Source: Lentisphaeria bacterium
GTDB taxonomy: Bacteria > Verrucomicrobiota > Lentisphaeria > JABSQK01 > JAWLHB01
Length of the DNA: 64,000 nucleotides
Assembly (NCBI GenBank): GCA_041690595.1
Contig: JAWLHB010000007.1
Span: forward strand, 1-64,000
Direction: 5' to 3'
In this document: positions 1-9,911 of the stretch, piece after piece
Position numbering within the stretch: the stretch's first letter is position 1
Layout: each line of letters starts with the position of its first letter
Notes under the pieces: generated by a model
Seen by the model: the letters and a program-made list of their open reading frames with translations, nothing else
The model's database searches: none
What the model was told of the DNA's origin: nothing
Position numbers and translations under genes: made by a program

Positions 1-215
1 AGGGAACGTACCTGTCCCCAGGCTGAGGGAACGTACCTGTCCCCAGGCTGAGGGAACGTACCTGTCCCCAGGCTGAGGGAACGTACCTGTCCCCAGGCTG
101 AGGGAACGTACCTGTCCCCAGGCTTATCTCTCCGGGCTGAGGTAAGTACCTGTCCCCGGGCTGCCCCTGTCCCCGGGCTGCCTGTCCCCGGGCTGAGGGA
201 AGTACCTGTCCCCGG
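1..215. repeat. 25-bp tandem repeat (AGGGAACGTACCTGTCCCCAGGCTG, about 5 copies) followed by degenerate CCTGTCCCC copies
   Basis: Head-to-tail units at 1, 26, 51, 76 and 101, then degenerate units to ~215; no spacers. Confidence 0.9.
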
Positions 216-337
216 CACGAGGAGCTGTACGGTGCGAGGTTTTCGTGGTCTTCAGACCCTGTGCTGGGGGCCTGAAGACCATAATCGCATTCCAGAGCAG
301 CCATACGTGGAAAGAGTCCGCTGTGCTGTAGCAGCGG

Positions 338-2776
338 CTAATACGGCATGTCGTGCAGGATGGTGAAGGTTCGGTCGGAGACGATGTGCCCCCCGGGCTC
401 GATGATCGTTGGCCGGAGTAGCGTCTCTGCCAGAACATGACCCGTATCCAGATGTCCATTCGAGCCGCAGAAGGCGATCGGACCGGCGACCTCTTCCATC
501 AGGCCGATGCGCAGGATTGGATTGAAGAATCCCCATTGTCCGGCGGGGAGGTCGTCTCCCGACAAGCTGACCCATTGCTCCTGATTGGCACCGCTGCGCA
601 TGCCATTCTGCAGGGGCCGGTAGTCGCCGGCAGCTGTGCGCTTGAAGAAATGGATGTCGGCCAGTTCCCCGGCGCGCAGGATGAGAAAAACGTGCGGGCT
701 GACCTGGAGCGGTTCCTCCGCGTGATTGGTGATAACGGTGCTCATCTGCACTCCCGGACTATCCGGCAGCAGGGAGAGCCGCCGCTCCATGCTCAGCTTG
801 CCATCGAGGGCGATGGAGATGGTCGCCCAGGTGTCGCCGGCGTCGACCAGTTTCCAGCGATCGAACTCATGGAGGAATGCCGCTCCGCCTGGGAGATCGA
901 CACCTTCGACGATGCCCGCAATGTAGGGGTAGTGCAGGATCTCGGGATCCGGCTTACACAGGATGTCGATTCCAGTGTCTTTGTCGCGCAGGCAGCAGAT
1001 CGATCCATTCAGCTCTGGGGAAAGCGCCAGGTGAGTATAAGCGTTGTCCAGTAGCGTGAGGGGCAGGTCGCGGGTATGGAGGCTCCACCCCCACGCGGTG
1101 TCCAGATCGTTCATGGAGGTCGGATATTCGCAGATCTTGGTGATGCCGAAGCGCTTCAGGCCTTGACGAACCTGGTGGTGGCGCCGTGGGGCATCCTGGT
1201 CGGCCGCCTGAATGTGCAGCGACTGGCCGCGCAGGGCCAGGGGGCTGCTGGTCGCCATTCGGGTGAAATCCATCCAGAGAGCGACTTGGTCCAGTCGACG
1301 CCGGTGTTTTTCATTCTCACCTGCCGCGGCGATGGCGCGATCCAGGCAGTCCTGGGCGCCGTGTAGTTGGGCTGGCTGAAAGGTGCCCTGATGCGGGTGA
1401 CGGTAGAGGTGCAGGTGGAAATCCGGGGAGTTTCCACCCTGCAGGAGCTGGATCATCTCCCAGAGGTGCGGAGCCGCGTCGTCCCCGTAGTAGCCGGAGA
1501 GGAAGTCGCGCACCTCGGCATGGTAGTCCCGGTCGGCATCCCAAAGACAACGGCCCATGGCATAGCTGTGCAGTTCTTCAAAGGCCACGCCCTTCTCCGC
1601 AAAGCCTTGCAGGAACAGGCCGGAAACGCCCGCGTCACGCAGAAGACGGATATCCGTCCGCAAGGCGGCAAAGTTTGGATGGAAGCAGAGGGCGTGCTGG
1701 AAATTGGTTACATAGTCCCAGACGTAGAGGCGCTTCGCCACCTGATGCCAGGCCTGCAAAGTATCGAGGAAGGCGCGGTTGCGCTCGCACCCGTTCAGGG
1801 GATGGGTATCGCAGCCGTTCATGTGGCAGAGTCTCACAATGACATTCGGATGTGCCTGGATCCCATGCGGCGGTTTCAGCGTATAGGTGTAGGCCAGGGT
1901 GCCGATGGACTTATCCGGGTACACCTTGCTGGTGCGAGCAGCCACTTCGTTGCACATGGCGATGATGCTGCCGGCATGGGAGCCGGCGGCCTGGTCCGTG
2001 GCCGCGCAGGAGGGGCATTCACAGGGATTCGCGTGATCCATCTGACTCAGGTCGACGATGCGGACAAGGGGCTTCGCCATCTGCTTCAGAGCGAATGCTG
2101 TCAGGATATCGATGACCTCCGGATTGCTCAGGCAAAGCTGTCCACCGTGAATCACGCGGCCTTGCCCACGGCGGTACGAGTAGTACTCCGGGTGCGTGGC
2201 GGCATAGGTGGCGGGTGGCACGGCGCTGAAGAAGCTGTGCACATAGGGCTCCCAGCCCCAGTGTCCCCCGTGGCTCGGGGGAACCTTCGCCATGGAGCCG
2301 TTGTAGCGGAGGCGGGCCGCAAAGGTCGTATCGCTGTAGGCCGTATACCAGTGGGCCTCCCGGTACTCGAAGGAGGGGCGTCGGCGTACTTCCCGCGGCA
2401 ATACGATTGCCGCGAGCCGGGGGATGAAGCTCTCTTCGGGATGAAACCATCGTATACCCAGAGCTTCGAGTAACTCGTAGACGGCATATAATGTGCCGCG
2501 TGGGCCGCCGCCACGGATGATGTAATCGTTGTTGACGGCTTCCAGATGGATTTCGTCTTCCGCGAGCCTGGCCCCTGGGCTTTCCACTGCGGCGTCGCCG
2601 ACCAGCAGCCGTGGGGCGCCCAGACTCGTGCCGCATTCACCCACTGGAACGACATGCCCGCTCAGCGCTTCGAGGTATGTCGCGAGTTCCTGGGCGGCCA
2701 GGCGGTCGATCGCGGGTGCATCCTCGCCAATCTGTATCTCCAGAAGCCCTTCCGCGAGAAGATGATCCAGTCGCAT
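338..2776 (-). CDS. DUF4838 domain protein (GH20-domain-2-like N-terminus, probable beta-sandwich C-terminus), no obvious signal peptide
   Basis: 812 aa; GGGPRGTLYAVYELLE, PSFEYRE, HPEYY, QLCLSNP, CECPSC, TLAYTYT motifs. Confidence 0.8.
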   Translation of the reverse strand: MRLDHLLAEGLLEIQIGEDAPAIDRLAAQELATYLEALSGHVVPVGECGTSLGAPRLLVGDAAVESPGARLAEDEIHLEAVNNDYIIRGGGPRGTLYAVYELLEALGIRWFHPEESFIPRLAAIVLPREVRRRPSFEYREAHWYTAYSDTTFAARLRYNGSMAKVPPSHGGHWGWEPYVHSFFSAVPPATYAATHPEYYSYRRGQGRVIHGGQLCLSNPEVIDILTAFALKQMAKPLVRIVDLSQMDHANPCECPSCAATDQAAGSHAGSIIAMCNEVAARTSKVYPDKSIGTLAYTYTLKPPHGIQAHPNVIVRLCHMNGCDTHPLNGCERNRAFLDTLQAWHQVAKRLYVWDYVTNFQHALCFHPNFAALRTDIRLLRDAGVSGLFLQGFAEKGVAFEELHSYAMGRCLWDADRDYHAEVRDFLSGYYGDDAAPHLWEMIQLLQGGNSPDFHLHLYRHPHQGTFQPAQLHGAQDCLDRAIAAAGENEKHRRRLDQVALWMDFTRMATSSPLALRGQSLHIQAADQDAPRRHHQVRQGLKRFGITKICEYPTSMNDLDTAWGWSLHTRDLPLTLLDNAYTHLALSPELNGSICCLRDKDTGIDILCKPDPEILHYPYIAGIVEGVDLPGGAAFLHEFDRWKLVDAGDTWATISIALDGKLSMERRLSLLPDSPGVQMSTVITNHAEEPLQVSPHVFLILRAGELADIHFFKRTAAGDYRPLQNGMRSGANQEQWVSLSGDDLPAGQWGFFNPILRIGLMEEVAGPIAFCGSNGHLDTGHVLAETLLRPTIIEPGGHIVSDRTFTILHDMPY

Positions 2777-2783
2777 CGTTATC

Positions 2784-5132
2784 TCACTCCTTGGCTATGC
2801 GTAATTCGGCGTCGCTGATCAGGCACCAGCAGACCGCAAATACCCCACGACTTCCGACGGTGATATTGGCAATTTCCAGCGTGTTCTCACCCCTCTTCAG
2901 GATGCCCTCGGGGATGGTGAAGTCCCGTCGCGACCAGTTGCCCCGTACGAAACCACAGGCGCCACGGTAGACCTCTGTCCCGTTGACCCGGATTGCGATA
3001 TCCGTCGTCTCGGCAAACAATGCCTCACGAGCCCACTTGGTTATACCATCCTGACCTTCCAGATTAAGTACGGCTGCGTGGCCGGCGCTCTCTTCCGGCA
3101 GCTCGAACTGCACGCGCATGGCGGTGCTGTTGGGTACGCCTCTGCTGGTCTTGCCCGCTCCCAGTACCGCGACAGCGAGTTTCGGTGGGCACGGGAAGTC
3201 GGGATGCGAGAGGTTGGCGTCGAAGAGGCGGGGACCGAAGTCGGCGCTCTGGAAGAGGCGCGGGGGGAATTGCCAGCCCGCCGCCGTCTTCACGGGCACC
3301 ATGCCCGGCGAGTTGGCGAGCCAGGAATCGAGAAAGGCCTGGTAGCGTGGATCCTCGTCGACCAGCGTCTTGCGGAAATCGCTCAGATCAACGAGGAACT
3401 CGTTCAGTCTGCCGGCGTCGCTTGCGCTGGCGTGTTGAAGCGTGAGCAGGCGCTTGAGGCGGGCGAGCGGCTCGGGCTCAAACGCGTAGGTGGGTAGGTG
3501 GCGCACGACATCGTTGAGAAAAAGCTGCTTCTCCCCCTGGATCATGGCCAACAGCTTTTCATCGTCCTGAACCGCATTGATTGCCTCGTCAAAACAGGTG
3601 ATGACTTGCTCGACGTAATCGTCTGTATAGAAGGCGGGAGGATAGCCGTCCACAAGCTCGACTCCCGATTCGAGCGTCGTCAGATACTGCCTGTGCATGA
3701 GCTGGAAATAGCGCTTTATACCTGGGGCTCCAGGCCCAAGGTCAGCATCGGCATAGTCCCCGGCGACCGCCACCGGGTCCAGCTCCGGATTCCATTTCAA
3801 TTTGGCGCTGAGGTACATCCAGAGGTCGGGGAAGTTGGCTGGTTTGCCATAGCTGAAGGCAATGCCTTTGACGCCTTTGCGCGTATAGTCCCGGTAGCGA
3901 TCGGCCGTCGTATCGAGAAAGGCGGGCTGGTAGGAGCCGCCGATGTACTCGCAGACCAGCAGGGTTGTCTCAGCTTTTGTGAGCCAGCCATCCAGCTTCT
4001 CCCAGCTCTTGCGATAGCGTTCGGTGTCGTCGCGTCTGCTGTGGCGCCAGAAAGGGATATTGCCGGCCCCCGTGGCGGCGACGATCCAGACGTTCGGGTT
4101 GGGCGCCACGTCCGCAGGAGCCTGGTCGGATCCGGCGTAGGCGAAGGTCAGCAGGGTGGCCTTGGGGAAACGCGTCTCCACGGCTCGTCCTATCGTGTTT
4201 ACCCAGAGCAAGAGACGCCTGGCGTAAGCTCCCTCTTCCGGGTCGAGCGCCCGGCACTCCGGGCATTGGCACCAGAAGCCGGTGTCGCCATAGGTGATGA
4301 AGAAGAAACGCTTGTCGGGGTTTTTCTCGATCCAGACCAAGGCGCGTTCGGTGGCGATACGGGCGACATCCGGGTTCGACAGGCAGAGTGGGGTGCGGTG
4401 GTCGGTGAAGTGGTCAGCGGCGATGCGGTTGCCATCCTTGCGCATGGCGTAGTACTCGGGGTGCGCGTCGAAGAAGAGCCGCTTGGGCACCAGATAGCCG
4501 GCCGTGTGATCGATCCAGAGATCCGACCCGGTCGTCTTGCGGTCGAACAGCTCTGGTGTCGCGCCGTTTCTGGGATCGCCCAGCATGCTGCTCATGTTGC
4601 CGTTGATGGCATCCCACCCGTTGCGGAAGAGAAAGGCCGGTTCATGGTTAACCGTGGAGGGGGCAAGCTCCGCCAGTGGCTCGACAGGAAACGCGGCTTG
4701 GTTCAGGCTGGAGCTCGTCCACACCACGCCAAGCTTTTCCAGGAAGGCGCCGACGCCGAAGAGGGTGGCCCAATCGTCGTCGCCGGCAATGGCGATCCCG
4801 TCGCCGGTGACGGCGAGCACATACCCGCCCGGCGCCAACTCGTCAAGCTCTTCTTCGCGGATCATCTTGCTGGCCAGGGCCGCCTCTCGACCGAGAAAGC
4901 AGACTGGGCCGTTCGTCTGCTCTCCGATGTCGGCTCTCCGCACCTCTATGCCGTAGAGGCGCTCGAGCGATCGTTGCAGGTAGGAGAGCGCCTGCTCAAG
5001 GGGAGCGGATCGCTGATCGGCGACGATGATCGTGGTGACGGTCTCCAGCGCCAGCGAACTGGCTTCCGGGGCCGCTTGCGCCATGCTGGCCGCCATGGCC
5101 AGGATGACGAGTCCCTGCAGTGGGCTACGCAT
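2784..5132 (-). CDS. Secreted DUF4838 domain protein
   Basis: 782 aa; signal peptide (MRSPLQGLVILAMAASMAQA); WIDHTAG, HPEYYA, LCLSNP, CQCPEC motifs. Confidence 0.8.
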   Translation of the reverse strand: MRSPLQGLVILAMAASMAQAAPEASSLALETVTTIIVADQRSAPLEQALSYLQRSLERLYGIEVRRADIGEQTNGPVCFLGREAALASKMIREEELDELAPGGYVLAVTGDGIAIAGDDDWATLFGVGAFLEKLGVVWTSSSLNQAAFPVEPLAELAPSTVNHEPAFLFRNGWDAINGNMSSMLGDPRNGATPELFDRKTTGSDLWIDHTAGYLVPKRLFFDAHPEYYAMRKDGNRIAADHFTDHRTPLCLSNPDVARIATERALVWIEKNPDKRFFFITYGDTGFWCQCPECRALDPEEGAYARRLLLWVNTIGRAVETRFPKATLLTFAYAGSDQAPADVAPNPNVWIVAATGAGNIPFWRHSRRDDTERYRKSWEKLDGWLTKAETTLLVCEYIGGSYQPAFLDTTADRYRDYTRKGVKGIAFSYGKPANFPDLWMYLSAKLKWNPELDPVAVAGDYADADLGPGAPGIKRYFQLMHRQYLTTLESGVELVDGYPPAFYTDDYVEQVITCFDEAINAVQDDEKLLAMIQGEKQLFLNDVVRHLPTYAFEPEPLARLKRLLTLQHASASDAGRLNEFLVDLSDFRKTLVDEDPRYQAFLDSWLANSPGMVPVKTAAGWQFPPRLFQSADFGPRLFDANLSHPDFPCPPKLAVAVLGAGKTSRGVPNSTAMRVQFELPEESAGHAAVLNLEGQDGITKWAREALFAETTDIAIRVNGTEVYRGACGFVRGNWSRRDFTIPEGILKRGENTLEIANITVGSRGVFAVCWCLISDAELRIAKE

Positions 5133-5135
5133 TGC

Positions 5136-7865
5136 TCAGTCTCCGGGAAAGGTGATGCTTGCTTCGCTGATCATGACCCAGTGTACTCTGGGGCTGTCGC
5201 TGTTGACGAGGTTGTGGATGGTCAGCCGATTCTCTCCTTGCTGAAGAAGACCGGCTGGCAACTGAAACTGCCGTCTGGCCCAGCCACATTTGACGAAGCC
5301 GGGCACGCCGCTGAAGACCTCGGTTCCATTGATGGAGATACGGATGGGGGCGGGGGGCGCCCAGAGCGAGTCGCTGTCCTGGCCGTCAAGCTCCAGAACT
5401 GCTCTTCCCTGAGGCTGTGCTTCCAGTGTGAAGTCCGCGGCCATCGTCGAGACATCGGTCATGGCGCCTCGCACCCAGGCAGCCACCTTGCCCTCGCATT
5501 TCCACTTGTACCAGGTGGGGCCACAAGCCCCGGAAAAGGACATGGCCGGGATCAGAACCCCGCCGCCCGGAAGTGGTTTGTCGAAGCGGGTGATCCGGTA
5601 GCTCCGGATAGTCTCGAATGGACTCTCCAGCATCTCCTGAAGACGTTGGGGTACAGCGTCCTCGCCAGCGGGAGATGCAGGGACTTCCACCCGTGTCCAG
5701 TTCCAGATCTGCTCGCTCAGCGGCTGATAGCTGGCTTCCGTCAGGGGCTTCTTCTGGCGCTCGGCAGTCAACCTGATCTCCTCCAGCTTGCCGGCCAGAT
5801 ACGGCTTCAGCATGGAGCCGAAGCGCCGCAGTTCGTCGTCGTCGATCTCGTGACCAGCGGGTTGCAGCGCGAGCAGGCCATTCAGCAGGAAGTTCGCTTT
5901 GTCGTGTTGAAGTTCAGTCTGGCGACGGCCCGACTCCCGGGAAATCGCCTCGTCGAACAGGGCCAGGATATGATCGACAAAGTCGGTTGCGAAGTAGTCC
6001 GGCGGAGGAACGCGGGCGACGCACTTCACTGCTTCCAGGCGATTGTAGATGCTGGAGACAAGCTCTTCGACGAGCGGGGCGTTGTCGCCGTAATAGGTTC
6101 TGATGAACTCGCGCTCCAGTTGTCCGGTGTCCTGGAAGGGGTCCCAGTTGAGCTGACTGTGGACATACTCGAACATCGGTTGGAAGGTATGGTTGACGCC
6201 GGAATACCAGAAGCCGGCGCGAGCATGGTGGCGGGCGAGCCACTTGATGCGCGCGGCCATGCCCCGGTGGGAGAGGACGAAGCCGCTGTTGTAGTCGTAA
6301 TCGCCCAGATTCTCGCCGGCAACGTCCAGCCAATCCCGCAGCTGCTGACCGGCCACCGCATTCTCCGGGGCATCGAAGTCGCGAAAGCCGTTTGGAGCGG
6401 AAATCGCTGTCGGCCAGGGGCAATAGAGCACCTGGACGTTCGGTTCTGGCTTGAGCACGCGCGGAGCCGGCTGCGTGTCGACGTAGGCGTAGCAGAGCAG
6501 CCGCTTGTCCGGGTACGTGTCCAGCACCTGGCGGGCAATGGCGTTGGTCCAGTTGAGCATGAGGTCCGATTCGTTCCAGCCCTCTTGCTCCCGCTTGTGA
6601 CGGCAGGTGGGGCAGTAGCAGGGGTCCATGCTGTCGCCCTGCTGGACGACGAAGAGGTGGCGATCGGCTTGCGCCTTGATCCAGCTGAGCAGACGTTGCG
6701 CGGCGACTTGGATCCCACCCGGGTTGGTGGGGCAGACGAGTACGCGCACATCGGGCGTCTCTGGCGTGACCAGGCATGATCCATCCGGCTTCTGGACATA
6801 GTATTCAGGGTGATCGGCCAGGTAGATGGTCTTGGGAACGAGAAAGGCAGCCGTGTGGTCGATCCACAGCGTCTTGTCACAAGGGTACTCCTTGTCGATG
6901 TTCGACGTGCGGGGATCGGCCAGCGCGAAGGTGCTCGAGCTGTCGCCGTAAATGCAGTAGGAGGTCGTGATGCGCTTGCCGCGGAAAAAGGGCTTGTCGA
7001 CGAAGTTGGCGACGATCAGGTGGCCGGGACGGACCGCATCGGCTGCGTAAACCCCGGCAGCGACATATTTCAGCCCCTGCCTTTCGAGGAGTTTGTAGAC
7101 GCCATAGTTCGTGCCCTGCACGGACTGACCGGCGATGGCCAGACAGCTGTCGTGACTCTTTACGACCAGACCATTGAACCCTTGCGCATCCAACTCCGCC
7201 TCGGTTACCAGGCCCGCCTTGGTGACGGCTTCCGCCCCGATCAGGATCACGTTGCGGCTGCCAGGCGACGGCGCCAGCCCCTTCGGGTTGACGGGGAGCT
7301 GCTTGCCCGTGAGGATCTTCAGATTCTCGCTGAGCGTCCGCCCCGCGTTCTCGACTCGCTCCGGATATGTGGACAGGTCGAGTATGGCCCGTAACGGCCA
7401 CGCCGCGGCCACTTGACGCAACGGTGAGATGGGGGCCACCAGGCACAGCTGATCCGGCGGCAGCTCGGCGCCTTCGGCGGTGGCATTCAGCTCCAGCACC
7501 GTCACGCTCGCGGTGGCCTCCGCGAGGCTCAGGTTGGCGTCCGTGATATCGCCCCAGCCGGCGGGCTCGTCGACCCGGGCGAAGGCGCTGGTCGGGATGA
7601 TGACGAACTGCTCCCCCGGCGTCAGGTCAAAGGCCCGTTGAAAGCTGCCCGTGCCGCTGCGAAAGATCAAGTTGGCCTGGGCCGACGTTTCGCTCAGGCA
7701 GCGAAGGACGATGCGTTCGCGGTCGCGCAGATCCCACGTGTCTGTCATGGTGAAGCCATCCGCCGGGATCGCGGACCTGCCGACAAAGAGACGGATAGGG
7801 GACGTTTCAGCCGCCGCCAGATTGAAGGCGACGGTGGCCGCCAGGACATAGAGAAGGGGGTTCAT
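5136..7865 (-). CDS. Secreted DUF4838 domain protein with extra N-terminal domain
   Basis: Start moved to ATG 7865 (MNPLLYVLAATVAF, signal peptide; ATGA overlap with upstream stop); WIDHTAA, HPEYY, VCPTNP, CYCPTC motifs. Confidence 0.8.
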   Translation of the reverse strand: MNPLLYVLAATVAFNLAAAETSPIRLFVGRSAIPADGFTMTDTWDLRDRERIVLRCLSETSAQANLIFRSGTGSFQRAFDLTPGEQFVIIPTSAFARVDEPAGWGDITDANLSLAEATASVTVLELNATAEGAELPPDQLCLVAPISPLRQVAAAWPLRAILDLSTYPERVENAGRTLSENLKILTGKQLPVNPKGLAPSPGSRNVILIGAEAVTKAGLVTEAELDAQGFNGLVVKSHDSCLAIAGQSVQGTNYGVYKLLERQGLKYVAAGVYAADAVRPGHLIVANFVDKPFFRGKRITTSYCIYGDSSSTFALADPRTSNIDKEYPCDKTLWIDHTAAFLVPKTIYLADHPEYYVQKPDGSCLVTPETPDVRVLVCPTNPGGIQVAAQRLLSWIKAQADRHLFVVQQGDSMDPCYCPTCRHKREQEGWNESDLMLNWTNAIARQVLDTYPDKRLLCYAYVDTQPAPRVLKPEPNVQVLYCPWPTAISAPNGFRDFDAPENAVAGQQLRDWLDVAGENLGDYDYNSGFVLSHRGMAARIKWLARHHARAGFWYSGVNHTFQPMFEYVHSQLNWDPFQDTGQLEREFIRTYYGDNAPLVEELVSSIYNRLEAVKCVARVPPPDYFATDFVDHILALFDEAISRESGRRQTELQHDKANFLLNGLLALQPAGHEIDDDELRRFGSMLKPYLAGKLEEIRLTAERQKKPLTEASYQPLSEQIWNWTRVEVPASPAGEDAVPQRLQEMLESPFETIRSYRITRFDKPLPGGGVLIPAMSFSGACGPTWYKWKCEGKVAAWVRGAMTDVSTMAADFTLEAQPQGRAVLELDGQDSDSLWAPPAPIRISINGTEVFSGVPGFVKCGWARRQFQLPAGLLQQGENRLTIHNLVNSDSPRVHWVMISEASITFPGD

Positions 7866-9862
7866 GGCTGGGTCTCCATCGAGGTTGATTCGCGTACGAC
7901 ATACACGCCAAATGGCTTGCACTGCACATTGCCCTGACTTACGGATCCCAGAAGAGGTGCGCCAGCGCGTACAAGTGGGAGAACGACCGGCTCCGGTCCG
8001 TGGTTCAGGTAGAAGGTCAACGGACCTCGCCGCAGAATATCCACGCCTGGGGGCAGATCCGAGATGCAGGAAATGGATGCTCGAGCCAGTGCCTGCACCA
8101 TCACCGTTCGCAGGCCAGCGGCGTCGCTCCAGAATGCCTGATACATGGCCCATCCGTCGCCGACGGAGCGGATGGTGATGGCCGGTTCGCCGGCGAAGGC
8201 ACCGCCTTCATAGCGAGCGGTGACCACCGCGTCGTCGACAACCTGAAGCCGCTCCATATAGTCGGTGACGGCGCCGGGCGGCTCCGCGTTGTCGGCACCG
8301 CGGAAGGCGATGCGCCCTGCCACGCTGCGCGTCGGGGTGCCATCCAGCTCGAATCTGCATGCCACCGGGCCGCGCTGCACGACCAGAATGCCGAACAGCT
8401 CCGTAAGCCCCGCAGGCATGGGATCCAGGCGATACTTGCCGTTGCGATCCAGGGTCGACAGGCGTGTCTGTGCCAGCAGGAGCCCCCCGTTTCGCACAAA
8501 GGAGCTGAGCGTTTCGGCCAGCCATGGGTCGACCATCTCGAGCTGAGTGGCGATCACAAGCTTGTAGCGCGAGAGGTCCAGCCCCTTGCGCACGGGGAGG
8601 ATGTCGGCGAGGACGCCAAGGCGATTCAGGGTTGTATTGGCGGCCACCAGATGCTCCATCGTCCGGCGATCTTCCACCAGGCCGCACAGCGTCGAATCAT
8701 AGTCGAAGAGGATGGCCACGCACGCGTCCGGCAGGGGAAGGTCCTGGATTGCGTCGCCCAGGGAGGCCAGTTCCAGAAAGAGACTCTGGACCTGAGCATA
8801 AGAAGGTCCGGGCCGGCCGCTCCAGTCCAGAATAGCGGGGTGATCCTCTTCCCCCATGGGCGACTGCCGCCAGCGGAAGTAGATATGGGCGTCACTGCCT
8901 TTCGCCAGCGCCTGATACGCCCACGGTCGCAGCGCGGCGAGTCCACCGGGCGTGGTCCAATCCGGATTCCAGGCGTTGGTTTCAGCCAGCCAGAAGGGGC
9001 GGGCCGGTTGCTTGATGTTCCGGTAGAGATCCCAGACCGCCGAGTAATGATCCCGTCCGGCGTAGTAGTCCCAGTAACCGTCGTAGGCGGCCAGGTCGAG
9101 CGGCTCGAAGAAGCGTCCGGCGTCCGCGACGGGATTGAGCCCGGCCCATTGATTGGTGGTGATCCGCCAATCCGGCCGGACCGTTCGAAGCGTGGTCGCC
9201 TGCTCGGCGATGAAGCTGGTGAAGAGATCGTTCTCGAAGCGGCGGTAATCCAGTTTCCACGAGACCCGAAACTGGGGTGGTTCGATCTGATCCCACGCCG
9301 AGAAGTCGCCGGACCAGAAGGCATTTCCCCACGCTTCATTCAGCGCATCGAGGGTGCCATAGCGCTGGCGCAGCCAGTTTCGAAAGCCCTCGGCGCAAAG
9401 TGGGCAAACGCAGGAGATCGGCACCGGCGCGATCTCGTTGTCGATCTGCCAGGCGATGACGGCAGGATTCCCCTGCACGGCATCCGCCAGGCGGGCGGTC
9501 ACCCGATTGGCCAACTCCCGATAGCGGGGAGACGAGGGGCAGTAGTGGCGGCGGCTCCCGTGTGGGTGGCGACGACCATGGTCGTCCATGGCGACACACT
9601 CCGGATAGTTTCGGGTCAGCCAGGCGGGCGGCGCGGCACTTGGCGTACAGGCCAGAATGTCGATGCCCGCACGCCGGAAGCGTTCGCAGATGCCCACCCA
9701 CCAATCCAGCTCGAAACGGTTATCTTCCGGTTCGAGTCGTGCCCAGGCAAATTCCCCCATGCGAACCAGATTGATGCCCGCCGCCAGCATCAACTGGATG
9801 TCCTCGTCCCAGCGGTCGGCTGGCCACGCTTCCGGATAATAGGCGACACCCCGGTAGGTCAT
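7862..9862 (-). CDS. Beta-galactosidase, GH42 family
   Basis: GVAYYPEAW, VRMGEFAW, WQIDNE (acid/base), FWLAET (nucleophile), YFRWR, Cys cluster CVCPLC, trimerisation-type C-terminal region. Confidence 0.9.
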   Translation of the reverse strand: MTYRGVAYYPEAWPADRWDEDIQLMLAAGINLVRMGEFAWARLEPEDNRFELDWWVGICERFRRAGIDILACTPSAAPPAWLTRNYPECVAMDDHGRRHPHGSRRHYCPSSPRYRELANRVTARLADAVQGNPAVIAWQIDNEIAPVPISCVCPLCAEGFRNWLRQRYGTLDALNEAWGNAFWSGDFSAWDQIEPPQFRVSWKLDYRRFENDLFTSFIAEQATTLRTVRPDWRITTNQWAGLNPVADAGRFFEPLDLAAYDGYWDYYAGRDHYSAVWDLYRNIKQPARPFWLAETNAWNPDWTTPGGLAALRPWAYQALAKGSDAHIYFRWRQSPMGEEDHPAILDWSGRPGPSYAQVQSLFLELASLGDAIQDLPLPDACVAILFDYDSTLCGLVEDRRTMEHLVAANTTLNRLGVLADILPVRKGLDLSRYKLVIATQLEMVDPWLAETLSSFVRNGGLLLAQTRLSTLDRNGKYRLDPMPAGLTELFGILVVQRGPVACRFELDGTPTRSVAGRIAFRGADNAEPPGAVTDYMERLQVVDDAVVTARYEGGAFAGEPAITIRSVGDGWAMYQAFWSDAAGLRTVMVQALARASISCISDLPPGVDILRRGPLTFYLNHGPEPVVLPLVRAGAPLLGSVSQGNVQCKPFGVYVVRESTSMETQP

Positions 9863-9891
9863 GGGCAGCCTTTCGGAGGTTGATAATGAAC

Positions 9892-9904
9892 GTCACACTG
9901 TGAC
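9892..9904. promoter_or_regulatory. Palindromic putative operator GTCACACTGTGAC upstream of the GH42 gene
   Basis: Perfect 6-1-6 palindrome in a 49-bp intergenic gap; 12/13 match to 13434-13446. Confidence 0.6.
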
Positions 9905-9911
9905 CTCGGGG

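Noticed and set aside
1..124. Possible CRISPR array
   Set aside because: Units are directly adjacent with no spacers, and no cas genes are present.
3498..6779. 1093-aa plus-strand ORF (and similar long ORFs at 8000, 9861, 25227, 34318, 38443, 50667)
   Set aside because: Antisense shadows of well-supported genes, expected with high-GC codon bias; no recognisable motifs.
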